From Endomicrobiales bacterium (GTDB taxonomy: Bacteria; Elusimicrobiota; Endomicrobiia; Endomicrobiales; CAWCFT01), in the NCBI GenBank assembly GCA_963794945.1, contig CAWCFT010000001.1:256001-320000 (forward strand): a stretch of 64,000 nucleotides of DNA. The letters run 5' to 3'. Shown piece after piece: positions 58,678 through 64,000 of the stretch. The notes beneath the pieces are model-generated. The model did no database searches and was not told the origin of the DNA. It was given only the letters and a program-made list of their open reading frames with translations. Positions within the stretch are counted from its first letter, which is position 1. Each line of letters starts with the position of its first letter. The position numbers and the translations under genes are program-made.

Positions 58678-60231
58678 ATGGACATTTACGTACAGGCCGG
58701 ATTAGCTCTGTTATGCGTTGTAGCAGGCTATGTTATTAGGTTCGTATACGCTAGAACGCAGGCAAGATCAGCAGAACAAACAGCTGAAAGGATATTAAGT
58801 GAAGCCAAAATAATGGCTGAAGCAAAAAAGAAGGAAGGTCTACTTGAAGTAAAAGAGCAGATGGAAAAAGAAAGGCGCGAGTTCGAGAAAGAGACTAGAG
58901 AGCGCCGCCAGGAAACTCAAAATATTGAAAGAAGGCTCAACCAGCGTGATGAGAACCTGGATAAAAAGCTGGAGCTTGCTGAGAAAAAAGAACGTGAACT
59001 TCAGCAGCGTGAAAAGAACCTGGTTGCAAAGGAACAAGGCCTCGAAGAACACGAAAAGGAACTTGTGAAGGCGCGAGAGGAACAGAAAAGGGTTCTCGAA
59101 AGGCTTTCAGGCATGTCCAGCGAAGAAGCAAAAAAGATGCTTATGCAGACACTGGAAGAAGAGGCGAGAAGAGATGCGGCAATGCTTTACAAAAGGATAG
59201 AAACGGAAACCCGGGAGACGGCTGATAAAAAGTCTAAAGAGATACTTTCAATAGCGATACAGAAGGTCGCGGCGGAACACACAACTGACATAACCACGTC
59301 GTCCGTTCCAATAACGAATGACGAAGTGAAAGGCAGGGTTATAGGCAGGGAAGGAAGGAACATCAGGGCCTTCGAACAGGCTACAGGCGTGGACCTCATA
59401 ATTGACGATACACCTGAAGCTATAACAATATCTGCTTTTGATGGTGTTAGACGCCAGATAGCGAAAATAGCGCTTGAAAGGCTGATAAGCGACGGACGCA
59501 TACATCCGGCCAGGATCGAAGAAGTAGTTGAGAAAGTCAAGAAAGAAATGGAAAATACGATAAAGGAAGCCGGTGAACAGGCTGCGCTTGAAGCGGGCGT
59601 GCCGGGGTTAAATCCGGAGATACTAAGGCTCCTAGGAAAATTGAAATATAGGACTTCATATGGACAGAACCAGCTCCAGCACACGCTTGAGGTCACCTGG
59701 CTTGCTGGTGCCATAGCAGGCGAGCTCGGGTTGGACGTGGCATTTTGTAAAAGAGCGGGCCTGCTGCATGATATTGGAAAAGCCGTAGACCATGAAGTCG
59801 AAGGTTCGCACCACCAGATATCGGCGGACCTCGCAAAGAAATACAACGAATCACCCAAGATGATCAATGCCATTATTTCGCATCATGAAGGTATAGAAGA
59901 ACCTAAGAGCCCTGAAGCGTTCGTGGTCGCGGCAGCAGACGCGATATCGGCCGCGCGGCCGGGCGCAAGACGCGAGTCGATTGAACACTATTTGAAGCGC
60001 CTCGAAAAACTTGAGAAACTCGCCACCTCGTTCCGCGGGGTGACCTCCGCTTACGCGATACAGGCTGGAAGAGAGATCAGGATACTCGTTGAGCCGGAAG
60101 ACATTGACGATAAGGGAGCGCAGATACTCGCTCACGACATAGCCAAGAAAGTCGAGCAGGAGCTTGAATACCCCGGACAGATAAAGATCACTGTCATAAG
60201 GGAGATTAGGGCTCAGGAAACCGCTAAATAA
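58678..60231 (+). CDS. rny: Ribonuclease Y
   Basis: TM helix, coiled coil, KH motif [15 protein letters not shown] motif [20 protein letters not shown]. Confidence 0.98.
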   Translation: MDIYVQAGLALLCVVAGYVIRFVYARTQARSAEQTAERILSEAKIMAEAKKKEGLLEVKEQMEKERREFEKETRERRQETQNIERRLNQRDENLDKKLELAEKKERELQQREKNLVAKEQGLEEHEKELVKAREEQKRVLERLSGMSSEEAKKMLMQTLEEEARRDAAMLYKRIETETRETADKKSKEILSIAIQKVAAEHTTDITTSSVPITNDEVKGRVIGREGRNIRAFEQATGVDLIIDDTPEAITISAFDGVRRQIAKIALERLISDGRIHPARIEEVVEKVKKEMENTIKEAGEQAALEAGVPGLNPEILRLLGKLKYRTSYGQNQLQHTLEVTWLAGAIAGELGLDVAFCKRAGLLHDIGKAVDHEVEGSHHQISADLAKKYNESPKMINAIISHHEGIEEPKSPEAFVVAAADAISAARPGARRESIEHYLKRLEKLEKLATSFRGVTSAYAIQAGREIRILVEPEDIDDKGAQILAHDIAKKVEQELEYPGQIKITVIREIRAQETAK

Positions 60232-60324
60232 GGCAGTTGTCAGCAGTCAGATATCAGCTATCAGCAAAGACTCAAGATCAATGTTTTTGTTTTAGCTGAA
60301 GACTGAAAGCTGTAAGCTGAAAAC
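60232..60324. repeat. Heptamer-arm inverted-repeat element E10 (TCAGCT type)
   Basis: GGCAGTTG TCAGCAG TCAGATA TCAGCTA TCAGC ... GCTGAAG ACTGAAA GCTGTAA GCTGAAA. Confidence 0.75.
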
Positions 60325-60329
60325 TTAAA

Positions 60330-61100
60330 ATGAAGATACTATTCATCAGCGATATCGTAGGACAACCGGGCAGGGAAGTCCTTGCTTCCCGGCTCCCAGC
60401 TTTGAGGGAGAAAGAGAACCCCGACTTCATAATAGCCAACGGAGAGAACGCTGCAGGAGGAAAAGGCATAACCGTAAGCATAGTTAATGACCTTACTGGC
60501 CTGGGCATAGATGTAATTACACTCGGGAACCATACATTCGACAGGAAAGAAGCGGAAAGCGCGCTCAGCATGGAAAATGTTATAAGGCCCGCGAACTATC
60601 CTCCGATGGCGCCGGGCACGGGTTGGGGCGTTTTTACTGCAAAGAGCGGCGTAAAGATAGCTGTTATAAACCTCATAGGGCGAGTGTACATGCCTCTCAC
60701 CGATTGTCCGTTCAGAACAGGCAGCGCTATTGTAGACAAGGCCATGAAAGAAACAAAGAACATAATCGTTGATTTTCACGCAGAAATAACTTCAGAAAAG
60801 CAGGCCATGGGTTGGTATCTGGACGGCAAAGTCTCGGCTGTGCTCGGCACCCATACACACGTACCGACCGCTGATGAGAAAATCCTGCCCATGGGTACAG
60901 CCTATGTATCTGATTGCGGGCTTACCGGCCCAGCGGAAGGCGTTATAGGCATGGACAAAGAGCTGGTCTTGAAAAAGTTCCTCACTGCCATTCCTCAGCA
61001 TTTCGAAGTTGCAAAAGGCAAATCCATAATGCAGGGCTGCGTTGTTGAAATAGACAAGACTTCAGGGAAGAGCCTGAGCATTAAAAGGTTCAGCGTATAG
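60330..61100 (+). CDS. ymdB: YmdB family metallophosphoesterase
   Basis: DIVG..GR, NGENAAGG, TLGNH, DFHAEITSEK, GTHTHV; follows rny. Confidence 0.93.
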   Translation: MKILFISDIVGQPGREVLASRLPALREKENPDFIIANGENAAGGKGITVSIVNDLTGLGIDVITLGNHTFDRKEAESALSMENVIRPANYPPMAPGTGWGVFTAKSGVKIAVINLIGRVYMPLTDCPFRTGSAIVDKAMKETKNIIVDFHAEITSEKQAMGWYLDGKVSAVLGTHTHVPTADEKILPMGTAYVSDCGLTGPAEGVIGMDKELVLKKFLTAIPQHFEVAKGKSIMQGCVVEIDKTSGKSLSIKRFSV

Positions 61101-61103
61101 CAT

Positions 61104-62334
61104 ATGGAACAAGCATCCGGTAGAAAGGTTTATACTGTTTCTGAACTCAACCGCGAGATAAAAACGGTACTTGAAGACGTTTACCCGGATATCTGGGTAG
61201 AGGGAGAAATATCCTGCCTTAAAACGTACTCGTCCGGGCACACGTACTTTTACCTAAAAGACGGAGAGTCTCAGATATCAGCAGTTATCTTCCAGGGAAT
61301 GGGAAAAGCTATAAAATTCAAATTTGAAGAGGGCCTCAAGATAATCGCACGCGGGCGTGTTACGGCATACCCGAAAAGAGGAGACTACCAGATTATAGTA
61401 AGCCATGCAGAACCAGCTGGGGCTGGGGCGCTGCAAGCTCGCTTTTGAACAGCTCAAAAATAAGCTTCAGGATGAAGGGCTGTTCGATGAAGCAAGAAAG
61501 AAACATATACCAATGCTTGTGCAGCGTTTAGGGATAGTGACCTCTCCCGACGGCGCAGCGCTTAGAGACATTTTAACTGTCATCAACAGAAGATATTCGA
61601 ATATTGAGATATTGATCTATCCCGTACGCGTCCAAGGCGACGAAGCAAAATATGAGATAGCGGAGGCGATAGAATATTTGAATTCGAACTACCCTGGCCT
61701 TGACGCTTTGCTTGTCGGCAGGGGTGGCGGTTCTTATCAGGATCTCTGGGCTTTCAATGAGGAGACCGTTGCGAGAGCCATATACAAGTCCAAGATACCG
61801 GTTATATCCTGCGTTGGACATGAAGTTGATTTTACCATAGCGGACTTCGTAGCAGATATGCGGGCGCCGACACCGTCCGCGGCGGCCGAACTGGTCGTAA
61901 GCAATAAAAGCGAACTGCTAGACACTATAGAAATGAATCGAATCAGATTGGAAAACACTATACATTCGAGTATTGAGAACTTTGAACAACATTTAAGACA
62001 TCTGGCAGAATCAAAAGTGCTGGGAAAACCTGTCGGAATATTCGAGTTCAGGATGCGCCAGCTTGACGAAATCAATGAATCGCTCCACAATGCTGCTGCA
62101 AACCTGCTTGAAACCGCAGGTTCCGATCTGAGCCATGTTGCCGAAAAACTTAACCTTATATCTCCGCTGAGTGTCTTGGCTAGAGGGTATTCTATATGTG
62201 TTAAGACCGGAGAAGCAACTGTTCTGAAAGACGGTTCCCGTCTTAAGATAGGGGATCCCGTAAGCGTTAGGCTTCACAAAGGCTCGTTCGAAGGCACAGT
62301 AAACAAAGTGAGCCAAACGGAGTTAAACAGATGA
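61104..62334 (+). CDS. xseA: Exodeoxyribonuclease VII large subunit; apparent +1 indel near 61436
   Basis: WVEGEIS, SGHTYFYLKD, GRGGGS, VGHEVD, APTPSAAAE, LARGYSI. Confidence 0.93.
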
Positions 62335-62572
62335 AAAAAGCGATAACATTTGAGGCCGCTGTAAAAAGGCTCGAAGAAATAGTCGAAAAGATGGAGAACG
62401 GTGACGCCGAGCTGGAAAAGTCGCTCGAGATGTTCGAAGAAGGTATAAAACTGGTAAAATTTTGTTCAGCCAAACTTGAAGAAGCAAAAAAGAAAGTAGA
62501 AATACTTGTCAAAGACGGCAAGACAATGAAGCCCGAACCTTTCAAGGACAAATTTAGCAACGGCTCAAAAGA

Positions 62573-62576
<4 letters not shown>
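62331..62576 (+). CDS. xseB: Exodeoxyribonuclease VII small subunit
   Basis: FEAAVKRLEEIV, LEKSLEMFEEG. Confidence 0.94.
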
Positions 62577-63473
<897 letters not shown>

Positions 63474-63505
63474 TATACGAACGTTTTGTGCGCAGAGGAG
63501 CTTAA

Positions 63506-64000
63506 ATGTCAATACTCGAAAAAATCAACAGGCCGCAGGACCTAAGGATCATAAAAAAGGAGCTCCTTCCTGAACTAGCCGGTGAGATAAGGAATGAGAT
63601 AATACAGAACGGTCTCGCAAAACGGGGGGCATATAGCTTCGAGCCTGGGCACCGTTGAACTTGCTATCGCTCTGCATTATGTATTCGAAGCTCCTGAAGA
63701 TAAAATTATATGGGATGTCGGCCATCAGGCTTACACTCACAAAATAATAACCGGCCGCAGGGACAGGTTTTCGACTCTTAGGATGCATGAGGGAATAAGC
63801 GGTTTTCCTAGAAGAGAAGAATCCGAGTACGATGCTTTTGGGGTCGGACACTCATCCACCGCTATTTCAGCCGGGCTCGGTTTCGCGAGGCGCGAGACAT
63901 CCAGAAAAAGAGCAACAAGGTAGTCGCCGTGATAGGCGATGGCTCTATGACAGGAGGGCTGGCTTTCGAAGGACTCCAGAACGCCGGCCATATCGGCACT
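63506..64000 (+). CDS. dxs: 1-deoxy-D-xylulose-5-phosphate synthase, 5' part; apparent indels near 63608 and 63890
   Basis: [45 protein letters not shown]. Confidence 0.92.

Overview
A 64-kb chromosomal window from a diderm, probably anaerobic bacterium. An Elusimicrobiota-like origin is my guess from gene content and is not verified. Most of it is housekeeping: mltG, yqgF/ruvX, thpR, cinA, thrC, queCDE, murI, an amidase, tmRNA, tadA, gltX, two tRNAs, zapB/zapA, 6S RNA, rarA, rny, ymdB, xseAB, ispA and dxs. It also carries a 12-gene complex-I-like group 4 [NiFe]-hydrogenase operon, an accessory stretch (about 32.8-56 kb) of envelope, transporter and glycan-modification genes, and one IS4 element. 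At least 17 single-base indels split genes, including essential ones, so they are most likely sequencing or assembly errors. The most unusual signals are non-coding. (1) A ~420-bp element at 12870-13293 is built from two diverged, inverted copies of a ~165-nt multi-hairpin unit with compensatory stem changes, bracketed by outward-facing sigma70 promoters. (2) Ten intergenic inverted-repeat elements have arms made of 7-bp periodic units (T[CA]A[AG]NNN), occupy consecutive gene junctions in operons, and sometimes carry smaller nested elements.
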